Assembly (NCBI RefSeq): GCF_006345805.1
Contig: NC_042997.1
Coordinates: 203,918,001-203,982,000, forward strand
DNA from: Octopus sinensis
Lineage: Eukaryota
DNA length: 64,000 nucleotides
Direction: 5' to 3'
Shown one piece after another: positions 39,688-51,735 of the stretch; position 1 is the first letter of the stretch, and each line of letters opens with the position of its first letter. Both the position numbers and the translations under genes were made by a program. The notes below the pieces were generated by a model. It was not told where the DNA came from, did not search any database, and was given only the letters and a program-made list of their open reading frames with translations.

Positions 39688-40194
39688 GGGGCCCTCATTC
39701 CAGAGTAGAGCAACCCCCATTACCGTCGACATTAAATCTAAATCTCATTTACTTACCAAATACGTTTGTCCTTTCTACTGGTACAACGAAGGCTTATTGT
39801 TTAAATTTCTTTTATCTCGCCCTCACGAAAACCTAAATGCATTGCTTTCCTTTCCTCAAATTACACTGGGTTAGTTTCCAGATTCATGTTCCTTTTAGAT
39901 CGCACTTATTTGTCAAGAGGTTTAACATTGTCCTGTATTTGTAATCAATTTGAATTGTGATTCATTTTTTATAGTAAATGAGTTGTTTATTCTTTATTTT
40001 AATAAATAACTGTTAAACTTATACATCTTTTAGAACATTGACATTTTATGAGATTGTGCTGGCAAATTCTTAAATTAATATAAACATTTATTTACATGAA
40101 ATAAAATTACCGGAGAACTTTATTCTAATCCTTCCAAATCTCTCCACTAAAACTGTATCGTGGGGCAGAAAGAGAAAAATAAAATGAAATAATG

Positions 40195-40920
40195 CAGTAC
40201 CAATCGCACGCCACAAGGCTTAACGGAACCTATTGAAGCAGCGTTACCACGGGCGATGGCGAGGCTAAGGCGTTGGGAAAATCGAGCGCCCTCGATAAAG
40301 CGAGCTAACAATGATGAAAGAACTTCGTGGTTAGCGGCCAGTTCCTCCGAACGTCTCAAACGTCACAAGTTAGAAGAGATAGTTCACTGTCAGGTCCCGA
40401 TATTTCAAGGTTTTCTTCCGTTCTTCTATGGAAACAGTGTCCCTCCCATTAACTGCATCATCCAGTATGTGGGAGAGAGCAAAAGCATCCCAAATCAGGC
40501 ACCTACCTCTAACCCAGTGACAGAGGGTAAGATCATCTGGTCTCTTTCCATCACTTCTGGATAACCCCGACGGCTCCAGAACTGAGGGGATATTAATCCG
40601 AGCCAGGGCCCGCTTAAAGATTAGGTTTAACTCGGTGTGACGAGCGAAGCGACCAGCATTTAAGCGGCAAGACAGACCGTGAAAACCTGTGGGGTCCAGG
40701 GGCCTACTACAGTGGTATTTCAGTCCCCTACAGACGTCAGCTCTTACTTTGAGTGCGATAGAAATGCGGAGTTCATCTAGACTGAGTAGACCCCCACCCT
40801 ATCCCAATGTTAGCCGAAGGCAGGGCATCAATCCAGTACTCCAAGAATTTTGCACTCGCTGGAAGTAAGCGACACGTTGAAAATTGATCAGACTGATCAA
40901 GGAGAGAGTTGAAAGTAGCA
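40195..40920 (-). mobile_element. 3' part of a CRE-like (RLE) non-LTR retrotransposon
   Basis: Zn-knuckle HGLSCR..AGRFARH, RLE-like SDGKRPD.LT...W.RGRCLIWD and C-terminal FSQRLSLAIARGNAASI. Confidence 0.8.
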
Positions 40921-41019
40921 CCTAAACGAAGATTGTCCCATACTCTCTGTTTCCATACTCACTTTATCATGGATAATAAACTTGATCTTTGCCAACAGAG
41001 CAAAGATATAATTTCTACT

Positions 41020-41603
41020 CGGGGTACTGGATTGATGCCCTGCCTGTGGCCAACATTGGGGGTCTACCCAGTCTAGATAAACTCCCCATCTCCATAGCAC
41101 TTAAAGTGGGTGCTGACGTCTGTAGGAGACTGAAATGTTGCTATATGGGGTCTCTCGACACCACAGGTCTCCACGGTCTGTCTTGCCGCCTAAATGCCGG
41201 TCGCTTCGCTCGTCACACCGAGTTAAACCTAATCATTAAGCGGGCCCTGGCTCAGATTAATATCCCCTCAGTTCCGGAGCCGTTGCGATTATCCAGACAC
41301 TAGCGTAGCTAGACTGTTTGCCGCCCCTGACCCCACAAAAAACACATATTGCCTACAGCAGACCCAAAAGTAGTGCCCCTTTAAAAGTGCGGCCATACGC
41401 TCGTGTATGCAGAAGTGATGGAAAGAGATGATCTTACCATTTGTACCTGGGTTAGAGGTAGGTGCCTCATTTGAGGCACTACAGTCTGCGACACTTTTGC
41501 TCACTCCCACATCCTGGATGCTCCAGTTAATAGGAGGGTCACCGCTTCCATAGACGAACGGAAGAAAACCCTGAAGTATCGGGACCTGACAGTGAACTAT
41601 CTC
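41020..41603 (+). mobile_element. Second CRE-like fragment, inverted relative to the first, with a ~115-bp insertion
   Basis: SGYWIDALP...HGLSCRLNAGRFARHTELNLIIKRAL..INIPSV.EP. Reverse complement of 40376-40842. Insert at about 41298-41413. Confidence 0.8.
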
Positions 41604-41976
41604 GGATCAAAACGAAATAGTCGATTGTGTATGATTGTTGTTCGATCATATTTTCTATATAGTTGATTGATCTATTCTTTTCATGTTTGACAAAAGACAC
41701 GAAATAATCTTTAAAAAGACAAACTTGTTGAAACTTGAGTTGACATTAAGTATCTGAACACTGGACATTGCTGCTTGCCTGATTGTTGTTATATATACAA
41801 AACGCAAGCAACTTCGAAAGCAAACATATGCAACTTGTAAGAGATACGAGGAGGGAAATATGAATTCTAAATTATCTGGAAAATTACGTTTTATAAACGT
41901 TGTTGTAGCATTGCATGTTCTACATATTTACTCTGCTTTGTCACTCGACACGACGGTCATGTACTATTTAACGTGA

Positions 41977-42335
41977 GAGGCGCAATGGCACAGCGGACTC
42001 GCGGTTTCGATTCCCAGACCGGGCGTTGTGAGTGTTTATTGAGCGAAAACACCTAAAGCTCCACGAGGCTCCGGCAGGGGATGGTGGTGATCCCTGCTGT
42101 ACTCTTTCACCACAACTTTCTCTCACTCTTACTTCCTGTTTCTGTTGTACCTGTATTTCAAGGGGCCGGCCTTGTCACTCTCTGTGTCACGCTGAATATC
42201 CCCGAGAACTACGTTAAGGGTACACATGTCTGTGGAATGCTCAGCCACTTACACGTTAATTTCACGAGCAGGCTGTTCCGTTGATTCGGATCAACCGGAA
42301 CCCTCGTCGTCGTAACCGACTGAGTGCTTCCATCC
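41977..42335 (+). mobile_element. tRNA-headed SINE, head D1 + tail Y
   Basis: Perfect 14-bp TSD actatttaacgtga at 41963-41976 and 42336-42349. Confidence 0.88.
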
Positions 42336-42891
42336 ACTATTTAACGTGACCGACATTTGGGGAATACTTCATCATTGTATTTCAATAAATGATTAATATT
42401 TACTATATTCATAGGCTACGATGTGATCTGGTTCAATGTAGAAATTAATACGAAACAGGATTCACTGAACACACGAGACATTATATAAAAAAAAAACATC
42501 AGGAAAAAAGGGCACCTCCAAAGATTTTGTGTAAGATAAAGGTTGTAGTTGTTTGTGATTGTCCGATGTCATCAACTGCAGAAAGTGCTCAAAAGTTGGT
42601 GGCTGTTTGTATATAAGAATGGTATGGCTGAACTGGTATCAAGTAATTTGATGATTTCTGTTTTAAAAATCTCAGAAGTTGTTAAGTTTATAAATTTGAT
42701 CCAGAGCACATTGAATTCAACAAACAGAATCGCTAAATTTTCGAAAATTATTTTAAAGGCACCAACATTGAATGCCATTGCCATAAACAGTGAGGATAGC
42801 GCTAATGAGATAAGGCAAACAAATTACTCCCTACTATTTCAAAAGGGAGGACACAGTAGGCAATGTCCTTGATATACAGTGATTTAGCTGG

Positions 42892-43131
42892 GGTACTACT
42901 TAAAAAGAGTGGTCCCGGTGCGCGCACTCGCGTATTCGCGCTAGCTGGCCGTGACTAGTCAATCCTTACTTTGTGTTTTTGTTTTATTTACTTTGTTTAG
43001 AAAAATTATTTATTTTGTGTAAAAAACTTATTTTGTTTTATTTACTTTGCTAGGTAGTCGTTGTAGAATCGACTAGTCACGACTAGCTTGCGCGAGTGCG
43101 TGCACCGGGACCACTCTTCTTAAGTAGTACC
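42892..43131. mobile_element. MITE with ~70-bp TIRs and 9-bp TSD (Mutator/Merlin-type)
   Basis: GGTACTACTTAA.AAGAGTGGTCCCGGTGC... / ...GCACCGGGACCACTCTTCTTAAGTAGTACC. TSD tttagctgg/tttagttgg. Confidence 0.88.
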
Positions 43132-43377
43132 TTTAGTTGGTACGTTTAATGCAGCGTACATTAAAACAGGGAGCTTGAAATAATTATGCAGCGAGAAAAA
43201 AATATTTAGTCAGTGGCCGCAACTGTTTTGATCTTCTTCCGCCCCTTCAAGTATGGGAGATAATTTTTGACATGTGTTGGTCTTCATCTGAACTTATCAA
43301 TGATGGAAAGTCTTCACCAATGCAGTGAAGAAATAATCTTAACAGTCGTATATTTACCAGAGTAGGAAAATAGAATT

Positions 43378-43674
43378 GGATCTTTTCACTTTGACCGGCA
43401 GATTTTTAAAATAATTTCTTTGTAACTAAACACTTTTAAACTTCGTATACTGGTAGCAGTAATTGTATTCACCTCAATAGACGTCATTGATTGATTGAAA
43501 TTGCCGAAATAGGAGAAATTAAACAAGAAATAGCTTACAAACTACAGAATTTTCTCAAGAACGTCAAGAGAAAAGCATGTTTTATGTGACACGTTCTACC
43601 AGTATACGAAGTTTAGAAGTGTTTAGTTACAAAGAAATAATTTTTAAAATCTGCCGGTCAAAGTGAAAAGATCC
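43378..43674. mobile_element. GGATC-family MITE, palindromic derivative
   Basis: ~78-bp inverted ends. Perfect 8-bp TSD atagaatt. Confidence 0.88.
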
Positions 43675-45645
43675 ATAGAATTAATTAAATAATGCAGAGA
43701 CGCCATTCACTTGAAAAAACACTGAAGTTGCTCTTAGTATATTCAATTCAAGAAGTAAGTAGAAAGCTAACTTGAAATATGGAACAAAGAAAACGTAACT
43801 GGTCTTCCATTAAAACGTATCACTTTCCCATTGCCAAATTATAGCTGATATCAATTTGTATGATGGCAAAACTGTCAGAAAAATATATTATGGAAACATA
43901 AGCGAGGCTGTGTGGTAAGAAGTTTGCTTCCCAACGACATGTGTCCGAGTTCAGTTCCATTGCGTGGCACCTTGGGCAAGCGTCTTTTACTATAATCTCG
44001 AGCTGACCAAAGCCGTGTTAGGGGATTTAGTAGATGGAAGCCTGTCGCGTGTGTCTCTTTGTACAACTTGACAACCGGTGTTGGTGTATTTACGTCCACA
44101 TAACTTCGCGATAGAATAAGTACCAGACTTTAAATAAATAAATAAAATATAAGTACTGGGGTTGATTCGTTTGACTATAAAATTCTTCAGGGCGTTGCCC
44201 CAGCATGGCCGCAATCTAATGATAGAGCCAAATAAAAGATAAAAGACTCCCCCGTCCCACAAAAACAACATAATTATTTCTGCAGAGGAATTTGCTTTTT
44301 TTAATTTTTATTTCTGTCAATCCGAGGTCAGCTCGGTTGTCCTAGGGAATATTTTTGGGTGAATTTAGAATTATTTTTCATGTTTTTTACGTTGTTATCG
44401 AATTTTTTGGTGTTGTTTACTTTTACAAGGTAAACAACAACAGCAACGAAATATAATTCAACCGGTGTCCGAGAATATCCGCAGTCCAAATGCTTGAAAA
44501 GCCAAATAACGAAAAATCACCCCCACCAAAAAATGCAAAAAAAACACAACAAAATAAAAATTCGACAACTAAAATAAACAACGCAGATGCATCATCATCA
44601 TCATCATCAACAACAACAACAAAATAAAAATAGTTCAGCAACATAAAAAAATAAACAACACATTCTGTAATTACATCCAAAATAACAGCATCTGAAAAAA
44701 ACAGCATTGCATCTAAAATAAAATTCTTTTGCGGTCACACAAAGAATCTAGTACCATCTACTGTTTGACAAAGTAAAAGTGGTACTTTATAATCAAGAAC
44801 AACCCCGAAAAAGCCTGTTTAAATAAAAGACAAGGTGGTCATGTTTGGCAATATTTTATCAAGTGTCCTCGATTCGGTCTGACTTCGGGTTGAAGAACAA
44901 AAATACAAGAATTGGTTACAAAGGGAGATAACTGCGTTGATTTTTGTTTTTTTGCGTAAAGTAATTTAAATTTTACTTCTATACAACAATTTTTGCTGAT
45001 ATTAATTTTATTATCACTTGCTTCAATTTCTTCAACCCTTGTGGTTAATAAAGGAAGCATAAATGTTACTATTATAATCTGGATAGGTGATCACAAAATT
45101 TATCAATAAATGCGTGACTATAATACTATAAAAAAATTATCTCTTATTTTGTTCCTTGATCTGGTAACTTGGTGTCTCAATGATAAATTTTACCACATTA
45201 TTACGATAACGAAACCAAAGTACAGATAACTATCTTCTGTGTCGAAATAATTTTTTTTTTCTTTTCGTTAGTATCCTTTTTTTTTAAATTTTTTATTTGT
45301 AATTCCACAGAGTATCTTCTTTGATCTTCTTGTCAACTCTTGTGATTAATAAAGTATTCAGAAGGCCTTCCTACATTTGATCCGGTTCTTGAAGTCTGAG
45401 TTCAGATTCCACCGAGGTCAACTTTGCCTTTCATCCTTTCGGGGTCGATAAAATAAAGTACCGGTTAAGCACAGAGGTCAATGTAATCGACTACCCCAAC
45501 TCCCTAAAAATTGCTGGTGTTGTAGCTAAATCAGAGATAGTTATTAAGGCGGTGAACTGGCAGAATCTTTAATGCGTCGAACAAAATGCTCAGTAGCATT
45601 TCTTCCGACTCTTCATGTTCTGAGTTCACATTCCGCCGAGGCCAA

Positions 45646-45765
45646 GGATCTTTTCCTTTCAATTTTGTTTACAATAATGTTTTCTTTTGACACATTCTAC
45701 CAGTATACGAAGTTTCAAATTGTTTAGTTAACTAGAAAATTCCGTCCATCAAAAGGAAAAGATCC
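45646..45765. mobile_element. GGATC-family MITE, internally deleted, inserted in a family C SINE
   Basis: GGATCTTTTCCTTT / AAAGGAAAAGATCC. Perfect 8-bp TSD gaggccaa. Confidence 0.85.
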
Positions 45766-46260
45766 GAGGCCAATTTTAACTTTAATTTTTTCGGGGTTGA
45801 TATATGGAAGTAACACTCAAGCTCTGGAATCGATGTAATCGACTAGCCCCTCCCCTAAAATTGCCGGCCTTGTGCCAAAATTTAAAGAATTATTATTATT
45901 CTCGTCTAAGGACCCTCAATTCCAAGAATTCCTTACCAGTTACATAGTTTCTATATAAGGACCTTAAAAAAATTGTCCAAATACAAAGCATCTACGATTT
46001 ACGATTTTGAACTTCGAAAAATTTTAATACAAAATATAATATTCTTCTTTGGTGTTGAATTTAACTTGGTTTTGCATGTTTCTAGTCTGAAACAAATATG
46101 AGTAATAAATCTAGTTATTCAACGAAATATATGAGCAACATCATTTTTTATTTGGAAAATCTCTTAAGTATTTTCACTTTTTATTATTTTGTAATTAATA
46201 TATTAGGTATATAAGCTCTAATTCGGAAGTATTTTATTGTGTTTAATTAGTAAGGATATA

Positions 46261-46300
<40 letters not shown>

Positions 46301-46409
46301 TATAAAATGTTCCTTATAGACGTAAATTATTATCGTAACAAACAATATTCAATTAATTTAATTCATTAATATAATATAATTGGTTAAAGCAGAAAAAGAA
46401 GGCAAAACA

Positions 46410-46530
46410 AGAAACGGGAAATAACGGAAAATAACGGGATCGAACGATTCTAGTTTTGTTTTCATTGTAAAGGCGACGCTAGGAATTCTGGGTAATCTTA
46501 ATCTGTTCACTCTAATGGCGGTGTAGCTTT
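46410..46530 (+). promoter_or_regulatory. Putative MAF1 core promoter / TSS region
   Basis: Three AACGG(G/A)A units at 10-bp spacing (46413-46440), a ZNF143/Staf-like GGAATTCTGGGTAAT (46482-46496) and a YY1-like AATGGCGG (46514-46521). Sits at a sharp switch from AT-rich to CpG-containing sequence. Confidence 0.55.
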
Positions 46531-47291
46531 CTTGGAAGTTCGAGTTGTGGGTTTTTTGACGACTGTTGTTAGGAAATAGCTTGAAGTATATGCTTTCTGT
46601 CTGAACAAGGGACATTCTCTGAAACGGCTGCTATATATATGTGTGTATATTGACTGTGGTTTCTGGGCGTTTTTTTCTGCCAGACGAGATAATCCCAGCA
46701 AGTGTTCTGTTTATATTTTGCTTTTAAGTGACATTCTCTTGTCTCTGCCAAAACGACATCGCTGCAACATTCAACTGTGAATCTACCGACATCAATCACT
46801 GATCTATCTGCTCCACCGTTTCAACACAACAATATCTCTATTTCCAACCTGTTTGTCGATCATGCTATTGTTGAACACACAACTATACTTACTCATGTCA
46901 TCTTCATCACGGCATCCTTCTTGCTCTGTTTACGATAAACAAAAACTCACGAAAATTGCAACACTTCGGCGAGCATTTTGCGAAAATCAATCTAGTTGTG
47001 TAAACACCATAAGTATATGTTATTGAAGTTTAACAGGGAACATCACAGACTCTATATTTTCTTTTGGAAATCTCAGTTACAACAACAAAACTGCCATATT
47101 CTGCCACTTCTCATTCAACAGTATCAAAGCATTCTTCATCTGTTTGGCGCCACTAAACAACAATCTCTTTCTAAATATACATCGCAGATATCTTCATCGA
47201 CGTCTTTATCGTTGGGATTGATTTCTGTTTGAATCTGCTCTGGTTGCATAACGTATAAATAAAGCCGGATTTCATTAAACAGTGATTCAAG

Positions 47292-47374
47292 ATGAAGCTT
47301 TTGGATAATTCCAAATTTGAGGCCATCACTTCCAAACTGTCGATGACCCAGGAGAATTGTCAAATAGATGGAAG
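47292..47374 (+). CDS. MAF1: Repressor of RNA polymerase III transcription MAF1, coding exon 1 (MKLLDNSKFEAITSKLSMTQENCQIDG-R)
   Basis: Recognisable MAF1 N-terminus (human MKLLENSSFEAINSQL...IIGR). Phase-2 donor GTAAGC at 47375. Confidence 0.95.
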
Positions 47375-47626
47375 GTAAGCCTGTTCTGTCTCTCTCTCTC
47401 TCTCTATATATATATAACATTTTGTGTGGCTGTTTGTTTCTATCGTTTTGCACTTTAAGAAACAGAGTATTCTGTGAATATGTGACTATGGAAACAATTA
47501 GCTGCAACCTTCAATGGAATTTCGTTTAGTTTTGATAGAAGAAGACGGAATTGGGGTCTAGGGAGTGAACATGAAATGACTTGGGGAATCGAATCTAATT
47601 TTGGATTCAGTTTTATAGGAAAGAGG

Positions 47627-47641
47627 TGTGTATATGTGTAA

Positions 47642-47679
<38 letters not shown>

Positions 47680-47710
47680 ATATATATATATGTGTGTGTG
47701 TGTGTATGTG

Positions 47711-47759
<49 letters not shown>

Positions 47760-47779
47760 ATATGTGTGTGGTGTGTATA

Positions 47780-47812
<33 letters not shown>

Positions 47813-47855
47813 GTGTGTATATGTGTATATATATATATATGTGTGTGTATATATA
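47627..47855. repeat. Compound (TA)n/(TG)n microsatellite
   Basis: Seen directly. It is the source of several spurious ORFs. Confidence 0.95.
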
Positions 47856-48519
47856 AGCTATCCATCATCGCTGTACGAAAACAATAATAGCTACGACAGC
47901 TACAGCAACTCCTCTTTTCCGATGTAAAAACCCGAGTAAACATCAAACAATCCGGTTTATAAATACAACCTTGATGACCCACTTAAACAAACTGTAAGAA
48001 AAACAGAAAATGTAACACTAAATATAAATAAAACAGAAATATCACAAAATACATAAAATATAACAAAACCCGTCCAGTTTATTAATTTGTCGCCTCCTTC
48101 AAATTCGGAGAAGAAAGAAGTAAAAAAAAAATAGAGATGTTGAGGTGTTCATACTTTATCAAAAGACATCACCAATGTATGATGATGACTCATTTAAAAC
48201 CATGGAAATATAACGATATTTTTGCATTCTCTTTCAATGAGTTAAGCTGGAAAAAGTTAACATTTAATTATCTCTGACTAATGAAGCGAACGTTAAAATA
48301 GTTTTGTTTTTTCCCTCTCTCTCTCTCTTTGTCGTTTTATTTCTTATGGAAACTGGATTTTAATCCTTCAGATATATGATGAATGGTATAGCCTAATGTA
48401 TTTTGTGTTGTCTTATAGACTGGGTTTGTTATTATTTTGTGTGTTTAATGGATCGTCGAGGTATGGCATCAACGGAGTTTTTACTAAAATGTTTGCCTAA
48501 ATAATAATTGTTTCTAGTA

Positions 48520-49105
48520 AAGGCACGAGGCCTGAAATTTGGGGGAGGGGGCAAATCGATTGCACCGATCCCACTGCTCTACTGCTACTTATTTTATCGA
48601 CCGCGAAAGCATAAAAGGCGAAGTCGACCTCAGCGGAGTTTGAACTCAGATCGTAAAGACGGACGAAGTGCCTCTAAGCGGTGAACTAACTCTCCGGCCA
48701 GCTCGCCGCTCTGCTATAGGCACAAGGCCTGTAATTTTGGGGGATGGTATAAGTCGATTACATCGACCCCCAGTAATCAACTGTTACTTATTCCACGGCG
48801 GAATTTGAACTCAGAACGTAAAGACGGACGAAATGCCCTAAGCATTTTGTTCGGTCTTCTAACGGCTCTGCCAGCTCGAATAATTGTAATAATGATTTCA
48901 AATTTTAGCACAAGGCCAGCAATATCGTGGAAGGGGACAAATCAATTACATCGACCTCAGTGTTCAACTGGTACTTTTTTTATCGACCCCGAAAAGATGA
49001 AATACAAAGTCGATCTCGGTGGAATTTGAACTCAACGTAAAGACGGACGAAATGCTGCTTAGCATTTGGTTCGGCGTGCTTGACGATTCTGCCAGCCCGC
49101 CGCCT
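48520..49105 (-). mobile_element. Three tandem SINE family C copies
   Basis: Three successive units (about 48520-48710, 48715-48880, 48895-49105), each with TTTGAACTCAGA-CGTAAAGACGGACGAAA-like sequence. Confidence 0.8.
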
Positions 49106-49289
49106 TAATAACAACAATAATAAAACGAGTTGTTGCTGTTGCTTGTCTGTTATTGTTATTTTCTTTGCTCGATTTATCCATTTATACCCTACCATGGCTA
49201 ACTAATGCATACATACATGCAGAAAAACTTAGGTAAAACTTAGATATGTTTCGACCAAAGATTGGTCCAGGCCATGTCTAACTTAATAG

Positions 49290-49490
49290 GATTATCTAAA
49301 TCCTGTTTAAGTCGAGTTTTGTTTGTGATTTATTCAAGTAGTGAGTTCTTGTTGAGTGAGTTGTATCCAGGTATGGGTGGCTTATCTGGTATTCCTTGAA
49401 GAAATCTGTCCAGACTCCGTTTAAAGGTGATGGGATCCTTTTCTTCTTTGATCGCTTTGGTTGAACGAACAAACCAGGTATTTGCGATTC
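49290..49490 (-). mobile_element. LINE (CR1/L2-group) extreme 3' fragment
   Basis: Translates as FKRSLDRFLQGIPDKPPIPGY..NSL, a typical ORF2 C-terminus of this LINE group. Confidence 0.6.
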
Positions 49491-49649
49491 TGTACATGAA
49501 TACATATATTATATATGTACATACACACGTATATATTTTCTTTTTAATCGGGAGACACAAATTATCAAGTACCATGCACGAAACTTGAGTCGCTTTTGTA
49601 ACTTTCAACCGAAACAATACGCACAACACTTTACAGAATACCTCTGAGA

Positions 49650-49711
49650 AAGGCATGAACAGCACAACTACTCTTATGCCAAGGCATGAACAGCACAACT
49701 ACTCTTATGCC
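49650..49711. repeat. Perfect 31-bp tandem duplication
   Basis: aaggcatgaacagcacaactactcttatgcc x2. Confidence 0.9.
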
Positions 49712-50266
49712 ATAACGCTTTGGATTTCATTGAAACGGCCAAGAAACTTTCTCTTTGGAATAGCTAAACCTTCCATATTCTAAGAAACCATCTTTTTCTG
49801 TTTATTATTTTTGTTCCATTCAACAGAGATTTCGATTCTGAAAAAGGTTTTCCAAACATTTCGATTTCATGCATCTGTACCCCTTTCCTTTCACGCTTCC
49901 CATACCCTTGTCCTTTCCTCTGAGATTATTAATCATCCCAAATGGGATAACGGCCAAAGTTGCTTTAGGTCAGTGCTTCTCAACCGGGGTCCACATAAAA
50001 CTTTATTGTTACAATTGAATGTGCAATAAAATCGGTTATACTTCTACAATACTTAAAATATTTTAACTTTTATTTTTTATACATAATCATAATCATCATT
50101 TATTATGGTAGTTTTGACTTTGAGTCCCTCATAGCGTGAGGCATTTACTTGTAGTAATGCCCTTAATATATAATATAATATATATACATATATATATATA
50201 TATAATTTTAATCCAAACGGGAAACAAAAACACAACAACAAAGGAACAATTACAGTATTATTATTA

Positions 50267-50309
<43 letters not shown>

Positions 50310-51350
50310 GAGTACATTTCCTAATATCTCCATGTCTCTTTTTTTTAAGTAGTTAGGGTATGATATGAGAGATTGAACTGTTATCTCTAACAGAACAAGC
50401 TACCATCACATTTACAGACGTCACTCGACACTATCAAAGCTTATTACTCATTTTGCCGTTTTCCTATGCGGAAATCTAATAATAATTGTGGGAAAGCCCA
50501 ACGAAAGTGAAAGCAAAAAATTTACCGGCAGAAAATCCCCTGGGAAAAAAACATTTTTACCTAAGTGAAAACTACTTAAGTACCAAGGTCGCCCTACATT
50601 ACCCAATATGCGCAATTCAATTTTCCCCGAAACGAAAAACGACTGAATTGAGGGCTGTTCGGCTGATATCTCTATCAAATCAAGGATTATGTAAAACCGT
50701 TTTCTAGGATATATATATATATATATATATAATGTATCCGAACTTTAAAACTGTAATGGTATGATGCGAAGAATTTGGTTGTTACTTCTAGCTAGTCGAA
50801 CGACCATTTAGAAGCTTCCCTCATTTTAGATGAGTGAATCAGTAATGTTTATGCGTTCCGATATTAGGGGCGTGGTTCTTCTGTAAATAACAACTGTGTG
50901 TTCGTGTTTACACCAAAAACTCGGCATTTGTTTATCATTTGTTGCCGGATTTTGTGACTGTTGCATACTGGTCTTTATCATTGTTGAAGACGACATACGA
51001 TAGTGATGAACATGTTCTAGTGTGTGTGTATGTGTTGTGCTCACGAATCCGAGGTGGCTTTTAGCCCTAGGTCGCCATGGTCGAACAGACCTATGTCGTG
51101 TAGGTGACCGGTTGAAATAAAATATTTTCCCGCCTAGTTGAATATCACAAAGGCTAGGTTTATTTTATGGCGATACGGGGTGGGGTATAATGTAGCAATC
51201 TGGACATGTCGCCTACTTGGCTGTCCCACTGACCAGTCTGTTCCTGTTATGCCTGTAAATTCTGCTTGTGGTCAGAGAGGAGGTGGGTAAGGTGGGGGGG
51301 GGGCGCCATAGTGACGCGACAGTTGTTCTTTTGGGTCTATCTTGTAGTGG

Positions 51351-51735
51351 GGGCGCAATGGCTCAGTGGTTAGGGCAGCGGACTCGCGGTCGGAGGATCG
51401 CGGTTTCGATTCCCAGACCGGGCGTTGTGAGTGTTTATTGAGCGACAACACCTAAAGCTCCACGAGGCTCTGGCAGGGGATGGTGGTGAACCCTGCTGTA
51501 CTCTTTCACCACAACTTTCTCTTGCTCTTTCTTCCTGTTTCTCTTGTACCTGTATTTCAAGGGGCCAGCCTTGTCACAATCTGTGTCACGCTGAATCTCC
51601 TCGAGAACTACGTTAAGGGTACACGTGCCTGTGGAGTGCTCGGCCACTTGCACGTTAATATCACGAGCAAGCTGTTCCGTTGATCGTATCAGCTGGGACC
51701 CTCATCGTCGCAACCGACGGAGTGCTCCTACCTAC
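51351..51735 (+). mobile_element. tRNA-headed SINE, head D1 + tail Y (full length)
   Basis: Perfect 14-bp TSD ctatcttgtagtgg at 51337-51350 and 51736-51749. A- and B-box-like motifs are intact. Confidence 0.9.

Noticed and set aside
47455-47982. HT/YI- and CV-rich ORFs
   Set aside because: These are translations of dinucleotide repeats.
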